Below, one piece after another: positions 26,441 to 37,608 of a stretch of 63,323 nt of DNA; the first letter of the stretch is position 1, and each line of letters opens with the position of its first letter. Origin of the DNA: Nemertoderma westbladi (Eukaryota; Animalia; Xenacoelomorpha); NCBI GenBank assembly GCA_032718475.1, contig JAUCBJ010007861.1:1-63323 (forward strand), in the 5' to 3' direction. Under the pieces are notes generated by a model that saw only the letters and a list, made by a program, of their open reading frames with translations, had not been told where the DNA came from and did not search any database. A program made the translations under genes and the position numbers.

Positions 26441-27637
26441 TTATCTCACTAAAATTTGTAGAAAACTGAGCAAAAAAGTGCATCTTTCGATCTTTAGTTT
26501 CGGAGATGCTCTGATGCGAAGATTCTTGGTATGTCGTCGAGTTGCAGTTCGTTTAGGTAAGTGAAGGGCAGCCGCTTCATAAATGGATTTCTCAATATCT
26601 GATGCAAAGAATGTAACATCTGCAATTGTCCATTGTGATAATTGACTAGGTTGCACATTATAAATTACTTTCAGTCGTCTAACAACTTCTTCCTGATATT
26701 GAGTTAGCATGATCGAATTTACCTTTTCCCATGCAATACGTGGTTTGACTCTAAGTGTCCTAGGTTGAGTGGTATGCTTAACTATTGTATGGTTTATTTT
26801 ACAATGAGAATCTAATAGACATGATGATGTAGCATGTACAGGTACATTATCAAGATGGAAATGAGCAACCACTGGTACATGATCTGAATATAGTTGGAAG
26901 TCATGCTCAAATACTTTCCCTTTTGTTACACAATTGAGCATTTGTTGATTGGTGATAATGTGATCTATGTATGAGAAACCATTACCACGAAATGTAATAC
27001 AAGGTCGGGAAAATGGAGAGTAGGTATCAGTTGCGACCAGCTCAGATTCTTTGAGGTAATTATGAAGTAGGCGGCCTCTTTTGCTTATTTTGAGTTTGCA
27101 TTTCTTAGGACCTTGTAGGTTACCTAAGTCTGTGTTTGTGTCAGCTAGAATTACGGGTGATGAATCGCTATGTACCTGGAGAATAGTACTGAGCCGCCCA
27201 ACGTGGTCATTGTAAAGCGTGGAGTCTTTGGATGTGTCCGGGAAGTAGCTGCATGCCAATGGCTGTTGGAAGTTAAAATAATTAGCACGGATTCCAACTA
27301 TATCATCCTTAGAGTCAAACCGAGTTATGTTGTTGAAGGCTGAAGTCCTATAGAACAATGCTACTCTGCCACGTATTACAGTAGATGAGTTATTTCTAGT
27401 AGTGAAGACACAATCAAAGTCGTCATGTAGCCCCAACAGTAATTCCTTAGCTTCAAGCTTGTCTAGCCAATATTCCTGTAGCGCGAGGACGTCCAACTGG
27501 CTGAGAAGATCTTTAACAGCATCGCTGCTTGAAGTGAAACTATGACAGTTAAAAGTTCCCAAACGTATATCCCGTATCGATTCATCACAAGCTTGTAAAG
27601 TTATTGTGTTAGGGGCTACATTATCGTTGATGTCCAA
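26441..27637 (-). pseudogene. APE-type endonuclease, N-terminus of LINE ORF2 (CR1/L2-like); truncated before RT
   Basis: GTFNCHSF, ALQEYWL, degenerate GD.N (LADTN), SYIDHII, SDHVPV. Confidence 0.88.
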
Positions 27638-27815
27638 AATACTGCCTCATATTTGGATGGAATGTCTCGAATTGGAGACTCGGATAAATCTGCTTCGTTA
27701 TCATCAAATTTGTTATCTCCAGACCTTCCCGTGGTGTAGTTAATCAATTCGTGACATTCTGTACCAGTTGGCCAGAAGGAATGATTAAGCAGTGTAGTGC
27801 GGTTTCCGCGGTCAA

Positions 27816-28106
27816 TGTTGAAAATATATTAGATTGTGGTGATGGGAATGTTGACCATACTGTATCTATAAAATATATTCCCTTCGGGATCTAAGTTCTT
27901 ATCATTTGGTTGTACCGGTACTCTGTACTGTACTGTTTTCTTATATATATATCTGAATGTGCTTTTGTCTATGTAAGTCTGCATGTGCTTTGTATGTACA
28001 TTTATTAACTGTATGTCTTATTGCCTACCTCATGAATATGGAAATTTAGTGCAGAATTGCTTGACTCTGTATTTTCTTCTGCTTGATTAGACTGCAATTC
28101 CCAACA
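27816..28106 (+). repeat. BEL-2 5' LTR
   Basis: tgttgaaaatatatt...caattcccaaca; direct repeat of 39890-40175 with several substitutions and indels. Confidence 0.95.
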
Positions 28107-28193
28107 TGGTGCCTGGACCCGTTGAGTCCTCCTGACCTAATTGTACCGCACATACGGTACCAGTGGAAATACGGTACAACTACCTGACTACAT

Positions 28194-28770
28194 ACTACTA
28201 CTATGATCGGCATGCTGCATTGCAGCTGCATTTTTAAGAATGCTGTGCCGGCTTGTCAACAAAATTGCACCGCCACAACTCCCTATCACCCATGACATTT
28301 GCTAGATCATCCGCATCTTTAAGGCCAGTGTCCTTTAAGATGCGTCTCAAGAAAGTCATGGGCTGTCCACCATGCTTATTCACTCCATGAGGCTGCCAAA
28401 GTACAAGATTATGCACTGGCTGGTCCTCACGGCGAAAGCAATGTCCTGCAAAGCGGAGGCGATTTTGTTCTAGTGTCAAGCTTGGGGGAACCAATGAGAC
28501 ACCTCCAATGTTATATAGTGTCTGGTTGGAGATGTGTGCATTGTACTTGACACAATGAACCCGGCGTTGCATTCTTGTGAATGTGCCATCCAAAGATTTG
28601 GTGTCCTCAGCAGTTAGAGCCCAGCATGGACTCCCGTAGAGGAGTACTGGAACTACTGCTGCTCTAAATAATCGGACCTTAAGTTTCCGATTAATTCTCG
28701 GTGACTTCCAAATCCTGGAAAGCCTATTCAAGGCTGCCCATGCCTTTCCCTTACGTATTCGAAGGTCCTC
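28194..28770 (-). mobile_element. 5'-truncated RTE-clade non-LTR retrotransposon (RT C-terminus and 3' tail)
   Basis: IWKS...KVRLFRAAVVPVLLYGS..W, RLRFAGHCFR; (TAG)n tail; 12-bp TSD ACCTGACTACAT at 28182-28193 and 28771-28782. Confidence 0.9.
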
Positions 28771-29375
28771 ACCTGACTACATCGGGTGCTAATTGAATAT
28801 TACGCCTGCTGTAATAATGGAATCTAAAAAACACAACGCAATTACTACCATCAACTGGCAGACTGGGGATGACGGACCACATTGATTAACATGTTTTGTA
28901 CCTATGGATGCCTTGGAATCTGGAAATAGTGCTACTGTCCTAAGCCTACTACCTACAGATAATGAAATGTCGAATACTTGAATATACATTGAAATGTTAA
29001 TTAACTTCTAAAGACCGAGGTTAGTTTGCTATCCTACTGCAGTGCACATTGTGTTAATGTATATGATAAAATATTATCATACTGCTGAAATTATTCTATA
29101 TAATTACTCGTTGAATTCTACAATCAATGTATGTACCTTTCTACTGTCTGTTTTCGCTTCTGAATTGCTTATATTTGCTGATTATCTCCTTTCTGCTATA
29201 TTTAACTGTTTGATTGAATTGACTGTTGATGATTATTATTAATTGCTTGGCAGCTTGGTATAATAATGTACAGTGTAAACCGGCCTAACCAAATGAAATA
29301 TTGGGTTAATTAGGTTTATTATTAATTACATCCCCTGAGCCTACAGGCCTACAAAACAAATCCTATGCAATAAGT

Positions 29376-32300
29376 ATGCCTTCAAAACAAGTTGGAATAG
29401 ATCCAAACAGCATAATAGCTAAAGTAAAGTTAGAAAGAAAAAATAAACGCACGGCTTACACAAAAATATATCAAAATGCAGAGAAATTATTTAATGTGAA
29501 AAATGACAATGAAGGTACATATGAGACATGTATTTTTCATGAAAGAATGGATAATACATTTCAAGAAATGAAGTCATTGGATGGAAAAATACTTTGAAAT
29601 TTTTAGTGATGATGACCAATATGAAGTTGAATCAGAGGCAATAGCTGAGCGGGAAGGAGATGATGCTATTCGTTTAGATGTAGTTAAAGGGCAGATGAAT
29701 AAGTTTAGAACACTTATAGACAGAGCCAACACTGACAGAAACTAGTCATCAAGGTCTAGTTCATCTACTGTATCTACATCGAAATTACCAAAAATTGAAT
29801 TAACAAAATATGATGGCTCACTTACAAAATGGCAAGGTTTTATTGACCAATTTGATGCTGAGGTTGGCTGAGGCAGGGCTGACCTTACAAAGACTCAAAA
29901 ATTTAACTACTTAAAGCCCCTACTTATAGGGGAAGCTGCACAAATAATAGAAGGTTATACTGCTTCAGATGCCAATTATGAAATGGCATTAAAAACACTA
30001 GTTGAACGGTTTGGAGATCACAATAAAATTGTAAGGATACATCATCATAAATTGTTGACTTTGGGTCTACCAGACCAATCCCTACACTCACTACATAAAT
30101 TTTATGATGAAATTGTGGTTCACCTTCGTTCATTAGAAGCACTTCATGCAGCAGACTTCTCCCAATCTCTGGCCCAAACCATATTTGATAGGCTTCCTTT
30201 GGATATTCGAGAAAGAATAAATTTATTATCCCGCCTTGACCATAATAAAACAGTATTATTGAATGTTCACCAACTACTTTCGTACTTGAATCAAACATTA
30301 CAAGATAAAGAAGATTGTGTAAGTTCTAAGGAACTAACCAAATCAGCAAGAACAGTTTTAACCACTCAATCACCAACAATAACATCAGCACAAACACCAC
30401 AATCTACACTTGCTAGTTTTCCTTCCATTACTAACCCCAACCCAGGCAATAATAATGGTGCTTCGACAGGTTATAGCAAGGATATAAAGAAATGTTTCTA
30501 CTGTAACAATACTTCTCACATTACTGCAATGTGCCCTATAACACATGAAGAAAAATATAATACTGTAAGGCGAGAAAGTGCATGCACCAACTGCCTTCAC
30601 AGAAATGACCATATTGCAAAGAACTGTCCTAGCAAGTTTCGCTGTGCAAAGTGTAAAGGAAAACACCATACAAGCCTTCATAGAGATAGACCATTTGACA
30701 ATCAACAATATAGCCATGGCCATCCAACTACCTATCGCAACTCTCAACCATCTACCCATTGGAATCAAAATTATAATAAAACCATACCGGTTAGAGTTAA
30801 TTCTTCCAGACCTCCCTTTCTACCATCATCACTCTAATCGCCTCAATCCACACCTAATCCAACTGCCCCAGAATGGATACCATCTAATAAAGTAAATCAT
30901 ACTGCATCAGCTACTATATCAGCACCCAAACCTGAGTTAACCCTTTGTCAACAAATATATACCAATAAAGATAGTATTGAGGAAAAAGATATTGCTGATA
31001 TTGTGATTTAACAAACTGCAGTGACCCAAGTAGTTTGTGGTGAAAGAATACTACAATGTAACATTTTGATAGATCCAGGCAGCCAAAGGTCATATATAAC
31101 AACCCTATGTGTAAACAAGTTAAGCAGACGCATATTAGCCAAGAAAAATATTACTGTTGGTGGCTTTGGAGGAGTTGTAAAGTCATTACAACTTTCTACA
31201 ACAAATGTTAAATTAGTTACTACTGATGGTCTTATTCCTTTATCTACATATGTTATTGACCAAATTGTATCCCCCTTTGACCAACACAATTGGAATTATT
31301 GCCATACCTTAGACTACATAAAGGAGCTTGGTTTAGAAAACTTTGCAGACCCATTAAATCAAGATACATTTTGTGTTGATATCATGAGTGGAGGTGATCA
31401 ATCTTGGAAATATATTAAAGACACAATAATTAAAGGGGAAGGTCCAATGGTGCAACCTTCAAATCTTGGATATATACTACTTGGCCCCCTTTCTCCTTCT
31501 GCCTTTGAAGAAATTCATGGCCCTTACTCCCCTGATTCTGAGGGAATAACAGCATTAACTTGTATGCATTCTAGTGTAACCTTTTCTAATAACACCATTT
31601 ATGAGAAATTAGATACTCAAATTAACCATTATTTTTCATTGGAAGGTCTTGGTATATATTCTGTTGAAATGACGGACAGAGATTTGAGGGATACCTTTAT
31701 ATCCGATTTTCAGTCAAAAATCAAATTTGTTAAGGGTAAATATGAGGTGCCATCACCATTTAAATTAGATCATCAAACACTCCCTTCTAATATAGAAGAA
31801 GCTACAAGGCGGTGTAAACAAGTTTTACGGCGTTAAAAAAAATCAATTTATTTAAAGAATGTGATGATATTATTCAAGACCAGATAAATAAAGGCTATGT
31901 GGAAATAATACCTGAGTCAGAAAATCCATGGAATGAGAAGGATTCTCATTTTATGCCGCATTTTTTTGTGATGCAACCTAACAGTGTTACTACACCTATT
32001 AGAATTGTCTTTGCAGCGAATTCTGGAAACCCATCTTCGAATGAGTGCTTAGAAACAGGACCTTGTATACTTGCTGATCTTGTCAAAATTTTACATCTGT
32101 TCCGGGTTCCCAAATTTGCATTTTATTCTGACATAGCAAAGGCATTTTTACAAGTTAAATTGAATCAAGAGCATTTAAATTACGTTAAATTCATTTGGGT
32201 GAAAGACCACAATCCTTATGGTGAGTTAATTGTTCTACGATATCTTGTGGTTTGGTTCAGATCTACTTCATCATCATTTCTACTTAGTGTCACAATCGAC

Positions 32301-32680
32301 TTCCATTTGAAGAAATATGATTCAGCTGTTGCTGCTGATATGCTTAATAAGTTTTATTGTGACAATCTACTGTCAGGATGTGACACTGAAGAGGAAGTGT
32401 TATTTTATTATAGAGAAGCTACAGAAGTGATGAAAGAAGGTGGCTTTAATCTCCGGCAATGCGGTCAAATTCAAATATCTTAAACAATGCTGCTAAAGAA
32501 GATGGTTTGAATGCCAAAGAAACTGTAATTCGTATTTTGGGAATGGTTTGGAACACATTGGATGACACCTTCTTCTTTCCTTTGAAAACAATATTTGATA
32601 CAAAAATAACCAATAACATTACTAAACGAATTATTCTAAGTCAATCTTCATTGACATATGATCCAATGGGCCTTATACGT
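29376..32680 (+). pseudogene. BEL-2 gag-protease-RT, many stops and frameshifts
   Basis: KLPKIELTKYDG; knuckles CFYC..H..C, CTNC..H..C, CAKCKGKHHTSLH; LIDPGSQRSY; SDIAKAFLQV; FYCDN; YDPMGL. Confidence 0.9.
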
Positions 32681-32989
32681 TGTTAGATTATGTATTGTTA
32701 GGGCTCTAGTAGACCCTGGCTTGGTGGTGGTTAGATCCAACCTACTGGTCTTTTAGCTACCGGTTCTCTTCTGCTGTTCTGGTGTTCCGGTATTCAGTCT
32801 TTCCTATCTTCTAGGTCTGTAGGTACAGTAACCGTTACCGGTACCTACTGTACTGCTGTACTGATGTGCTGTAAGGTGGTGGGTGTGTTCGTTGGTCTGT
32901 TGGTTCATATTATTGTTTGATATGCTGTTCTGTATGTCGACCATTAATAAACTGATGCAGCTGGTATTCATTTATTTCCGATCCCAATA
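32681..32989 (+). repeat. Gypsy-2 5' LTR
   Basis: tgttagattatg...ccgatcccaata; AATAAA at 32946. Confidence 0.95.
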
Positions 32990-33519
32990 TGGCGCAGTGA
33001 TGTACTTGATGTTCCTACAACCCTATTCAAATGGTGGACATTCCAGTGCATTCAGCAGGTCAGATAATTCAAAATTATTCTACCGGTCGCCTCTACTGAT
33101 TCTGATCTAGGCCTAGCTACCTACCTATACTTCCGGTGGTGTACCTACTCCAGTACTCTTCTAAACTAAGCCCTTGGGACGGACAGTGGAGTGGCTCGCG
33201 GTTATCGTTGTCGTTGTGTAGCTACATCGTTGGCGAAAAACACAGCGACGACGGTACATCGGCGCTGAGGACCTTGCACTGTCCGGGGGCCGTGAGGGGT
33301 AGGCAGCGACGCCCGCTAGCCTAATTAGAAACTACCGGTACCTATTCACATTCAGCAGTCAGGCGGTATTCCAGTCTGCCAGTATTCGATAACTACAGAT
33401 TTTCGCTGATTTGCATGCAAAAGTTTTGCACATTTTTGCAAAATTTTTTCTTTTCGGATTTTGCAAATTTTTTCGGATATTTAATTTCCTGAAATTTCTC
33501 TACTATTCAACAGTCAGAT

Positions 33520-36500
33520 ATGCCTACTAAAGCTGAACTCGAAACCGAACTGGAGGTTTTAAGAGAACAGTTGGCTGGTCGTGGTAATCCTGATCCCACC
33601 TCAGCTCTTCTACATGCTTTAGTTAAATCACAACGCGATTTGGCTGATTCCTTAGCACAATCCCAAGCCCAAAATGCCCATCAATTTCAACAATTACTTG
33701 GTCAACCACATCAACCTGTAGTTCATCAGGCTGACTCAACCCCTCGTAATCTTCAAATTAAAGCACCAATTGCTTTAGAACCGGATTTCAGTTTAGCAAA
33801 ATTTGAAACTTGGAAGTCGGTTTGGGCGGATTATTATTCTGCATTTCAGATGGATAGAATGGCTAGGGATAGGCAAATCTGTATTTTCAGGAGTTACCTT
33901 TCTATAGGTATGCGCTCTACACTGGAACAAGTTATTGACATTCCTCCTGACACACATGATAATCCTTTAACAGTTCAGGTGTTAATAGATTGTATTCAAA
34001 GTTATTTTCGTGGTAAACGGAATATAGCCCTTGATTGTGTTCAGTTTGATAATAGGAAACAACATCAAAGTGAAAATTTTGATAGCTACCTGGTTGCTAT
34101 TAAAGATCTTGCTCGAGATGCTGATCTATGTCGTCATTGTTTCGATCGGCGGTTGACTACTCGAATTATGTCTGGTATTTCTTGCGAGGACACCAGATCT
34201 AAACTTCTTGCATTGACTCCATTTCCTTCGCTTGAAGATGCTGTAAATCTTTGTAGGTCTGAGGAATCAGCCCAAGCTGGAGTTCAGGATTTAAAAAACC
34301 CTTCAATCAACCAAGCTTCTCGACAATCTCGTTTTCACAACAAAAAGCCTTATAATTCCAGGCGCAACAATTCTTCTAAATCCAATTCCAGAAACAATTC
34401 TTCAACTACTGGCCCTATAGTTTGTTATGGTTGTGGTAAAACAGACCATAAACGCGCTGACTGTCCAGCAAGGAACAAAGATTGTTCTTATTGTGGCAAG
34501 GAAGGCCACTTTGCCAATGTTTGTCGGTCTAAACAAAATAATTCGAATTCATCTTCAAAACCTAAGACAAAACCCATTAGCCGCATCACCCTCAATTTGG
34601 TTGGAAGCCATAATCGACAAGCTCCGAAAGTATTTCTGAACTTCTGTCATATCGCAACAGGACATTTATTCGGTTCTCTCAAAGCAACTCCAGATACTGG
34701 TGCTGAGGCCACTGTTGCCGGCTTAGATTTTCTTCAGGCCCTTTCTATTGACAAAGAAAATTTACTTCCACCAGACCATGATGATCTTTCTGCTGCTAAT
34801 GGTAGTCTTCTTTCATGCATTGGTCTCCTCCACACCTCAATTTCCTATGGCGAATATTCAACTGATGAGCTTATCTGCATTTGTGAAGAAGTCGATGGAA
34901 TTCTTTTGGCATGGTATACTTGTCAAAACCTAGGAATTATTTCAAGTTCATATCCAGAACCAGTGGCAGAAATTCAGTCTGTTGCTTCTTCTAATTCTTC
35001 TAATATGTCACCAATTGGTATTAAAAACTCAATTCCAACAACATCATACAAGGTTGACTTCCATCTTTCTGATGAACCTTCGCCTTCAGAATGGGATACT
35101 GTTAAGCAGAAACTCATAAAGGCTTATTCTGATGTTTTTGACCAAGATGACAAACTTCGTCCAATGAATGGCCCACCCATGACCATTTCATTAAAAGATG
35201 ATGCCCAACCATATGCTATTCATACAGCCAGGCAACTTCCTTTAGCCATTAGAGACTGGGCTAAAGCTCGCTTAGAGAAAATGGTTGAACAAGGTATTAT
35301 TTGTCCAGTTCTGGATAACAAACCAACTAATTGGGTCCATCCTTCCGATATCACTTCCGATATCACTTCCGATATCACTTCTGATATCACTTCCGATATC
35401 ACTTCCGATATCACTTCTGATATCACTTCCGATATCATTTCCGATATCACTTCCGATATCACTTCTGATATCACTTCTGATATCACTTCCGATATCACTT
35501 CCGATATCACTTCTGATATCACTTCCGATATCATTTCCGATATCACTTCCGATATCACTTCTGATATCACTTCCGATATCATTTCCGATATCACTTCTGA
35601 TATCACTTCTGATATCACTTCCGATATCATTTCCAATATCACTTCCGATATCACTTCTGATATCACTTCTGATATCACTTCCGATATCACTTCCGATATC
35701 ACTTCTGATATCACTTCCGATATCATTTCCGATATCACTTCCGATATCACTTCTGATATCACTTCCGATATCATTTCCGATATCACTTCTGATATCAACT
35801 CCGATATCACTTCCGATATCACTTCCGATATCGATTCCATTCCAGACGCACTTTCCCGTGCCCCTGTTTCGGATCCTACTCCAGAGGATATTCTTTGTGA
35901 TACAGATGTCAATGACCATGTTTCCGCAGTCATTCGTCACGTGTCTACCTCAATTGTTGTTTCTGATGCTCCAAGTCATCTCAAGGATTCATATATTGAG
36001 TCTATCCGATCATCTGCAAAGGATGAGATTTCTTACATGGCTTTGGTGGATGCTGTTATTTCTGGATTTCCCTCAACATCCACACAATGTTCTGTGCACA
36101 TACGCCCATTCTGGAATGTGCGACATCAGTTCTCTTGTGAAGATAAGCTTCTTTTATTAGGTTCCCGGATTGTAATTCCATCTTCCCTCCGCAAGAATGT
36201 CCTGAAGCACCTTCATGATGCTCATCAGGGCATTGAACGTTCTAAGAGGAGAGCTAGGCAAACTGTATTCTGGCCTGGTATCAATAGCGATATTACAAAC
36301 ATAGTCAATTCTTGTCCCCAGTGTCAACTTTATCAACCAAGTTTACCTAAAGAGTCTCTCCAAAGCGACCCTCATCCATGTCTTCCAATGGAGGATTGCT
36401 CTGCTGATCTTTTCTACTTCAGCACCTGGTCATACCTGGTTTATGTCGATAGATATTCTGGGTGGCCATGCGTTCATTCTTGGCGTGCCGATCCTTCCAG

Positions 36501-37224
36501 CTCTCAAGTTATTTCAGCTCTTCGAGGATGGTTCAAAGATTTCGGTATTCCAAAACGCCTTCGTTCTGATGGTGGTACACAATTTAATTCAGCACGTTAT
36601 CATGATTTCTTATCCGAATGGAATATCATCCCTGAGTATTCTACTCCTGAGTATCCTCAGTCTAATGGCCATGCAGAGGGGGCTGTAAAGGCCATGAAAT
36701 CATTGATAAAAAAGTTAGATGTCAAAGGAGATCTAAACTCTACTTGCTTTGTTCGTGGTTTGCTGGAATGGAGAAATACTCCTAAAGAACATGGTATGTC
36801 TCCAGCTCAACTGTTGTTCGGTAGATCCCTCCGTTCTACTATACCAGCTCATTCGTCCACACTGGCAGGTGATTCATTCCCTATCCCTGGTCCTTCAACG
36901 TCTTCAGCAACTGAATCATATTATAATGATCATGCTCACGACTTAACCCCGATTCCTATTGGTTCCCGAGTTTGCATCCAGAGTGCACATTCCAAACTAT
37001 GGAACAAATCTGGTATCGTCCTTTCCCGTGGTACTAGGCGAGATTACCGGATAGAACTAGACAATGGTCGGGTGTATTGGAGAAATCGTCGTTATCTACG
37101 TTCCATCCCAGATGACTCTTCTCTTCGTGATATAACGCCTCAAAAACAGGTACAGTTCGCTGATGATCTTCCCAGGCGCAGTTCGAGAACTCACAAGCAA
37201 CCAGCAAGATTCGGAGTTCAATGA
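33520..37224 (+). CDS. Gypsy Gag-protease-(SDIT)n-integrase polyprotein, 1234 aa, with no RT or RNase H
   Basis: Uninterrupted ORF; knuckles CYGCGKTDHKRADC and CSYCGKEGHFANVC; TPDTGA; NWVHP, then the repeat, then IPDALSR; integrase HDAH..CPQC, ADLF, RSDGG, SNGHAE. Confidence 0.9.
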   Translation: MPTKAELETELEVLREQLAGRGNPDPTSALLHALVKSQRDLADSLAQSQAQNAHQFQQLLGQPHQPVVHQADSTPRNLQIKAPIALEPDFSLAKFETWKSVWADYYSAFQMDRMARDRQICIFRSYLSIGMRSTLEQVIDIPPDTHDNPLTVQVLIDCIQSYFRGKRNIALDCVQFDNRKQHQSENFDSYLVAIKDLARDADLCRHCFDRRLTTRIMSGISCEDTRSKLLALTPFPSLEDAVNLCRSEESAQAGVQDLKNPSINQASRQSRFHNKKPYNSRRNNSSKSNSRNNSSTTGPIVCYGCGKTDHKRADCPARNKDCSYCGKEGHFANVCRSKQNNSNSSSKPKTKPISRITLNLVGSHNRQAPKVFLNFCHIATGHLFGSLKATPDTGAEATVAGLDFLQALSIDKENLLPPDHDDLSAANGSLLSCIGLLHTSISYGEYSTDELICICEEVDGILLAWYTCQNLGIISSSYPEPVAEIQSVASSNSSNMSPIGIKNSIPTTSYKVDFHLSDEPSPSEWDTVKQKLIKAYSDVFDQDDKLRPMNGPPMTISLKDDAQPYAIHTARQLPLAIRDWAKARLEKMVEQGIICPVLDNKPTNWVHPSDITSDITSDITSDITSDITSDITSDITSDIISDITSDITSDITSDITSDITSDITSDITSDIISDITSDITSDITSDIISDITSDITSDITSDIISNITSDITSDITSDITSDITSDITSDITSDIISDITSDITSDITSDIISDITSDINSDITSDITSDIDSIPDALSRAPVSDPTPEDILCDTDVNDHVSAVIRHVSTSIVVSDAPSHLKDSYIESIRSSAKDEISYMALVDAVISGFPSTSTQCSVHIRPFWNVRHQFSCEDKLLLLGSRIVIPSSLRKNVLKHLHDAHQGIERSKRRARQTVFWPGINSDITNIVNSCPQCQLYQPSLPKESLQSDPHPCLPMEDCSADLFYFSTWSYLVYVDRYSGWPCVHSWRADPSSSQVISALRGWFKDFGIPKRLRSDGGTQFNSARYHDFLSEWNIIPEYSTPEYPQSNGHAEGAVKAMKSLIKKLDVKGDLNSTCFVRGLLEWRNTPKEHGMSPAQLLFGRSLRSTIPAHSSTLAGDSFPIPGPSTSSATESYYNDHAHDLTPIPIGSRVCIQSAHSKLWNKSGIVLSRGTRRDYRIELDNGRVYWRNRRYLRSIPDDSSLRDITPQKQVQFADDLPRRSSRTHKQPARFGVQ
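35344..35832 (+). repeat. 12-bp tandem repeat TCYGATATCAYT, about 40 copies
   Basis: Directly visible; encodes SDIT/SDII in the pol frame. Confidence 0.97.
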
Positions 37225-37294
37225 ACTGACCTATTGGTGGTGGTTGGATTTTTTTTTTCAGTACAAATGTCTCCTACATTGTTCTTGGGGGAGA

Positions 37295-37603
37295 TGTTAG
37301 ATTATGTATTGTTAGGGCTCTAGTAGACCCTGGCTTGGTGGTGGTTAGATCCAACCTACTGGTCTTTTAGCTACCGGTTCTCTTCTGCTGTTCTGGTGTT
37401 CCGGTATTCAGTCTTTCCTATCTTCTAGGTCTGTAGGTACAGTAACCGTTACCGGTACCTACTGTACTGCTGTACTGATGTGCTGTAAGGTGGTGGGTGT
37501 GTTCGTTGGTCTGTTGGTTCATATTATTGTTTGATATGCTGTTCTGTATGTCGACCATTAATAAACTGATGCAGCTGGTATTCATTTATTTCCGATCCCA
37601 ATA
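37295..37603 (+). repeat. Gypsy-2 3' LTR
   Basis: Direct repeat of 32681-32989. Confidence 0.95.
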
Positions 37604-37608
37604 TACGT

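Larger units (their letters stand above)
32681..37603 (+). mobile_element. Ty3/Gypsy (Mag-like) LTR element lacking RT and RNase H (Gypsy-2), inserted in BEL-2 pol
   Basis: 309-bp LTRs that look identical by eye; 5-bp TSD TACGT at 32676-32680 and 37604-37608; PBS TGGCGCAGTGA; PPT GGGGGAGA; removing it restores BEL-2 YDPMGLIRPVTL. Confidence 0.96.

Noticed and set aside
35220-36160. ISEV, SDIG and ISLP repeat ORFs in other frames
   Set aside because: Alternative readings of the same 12-bp array
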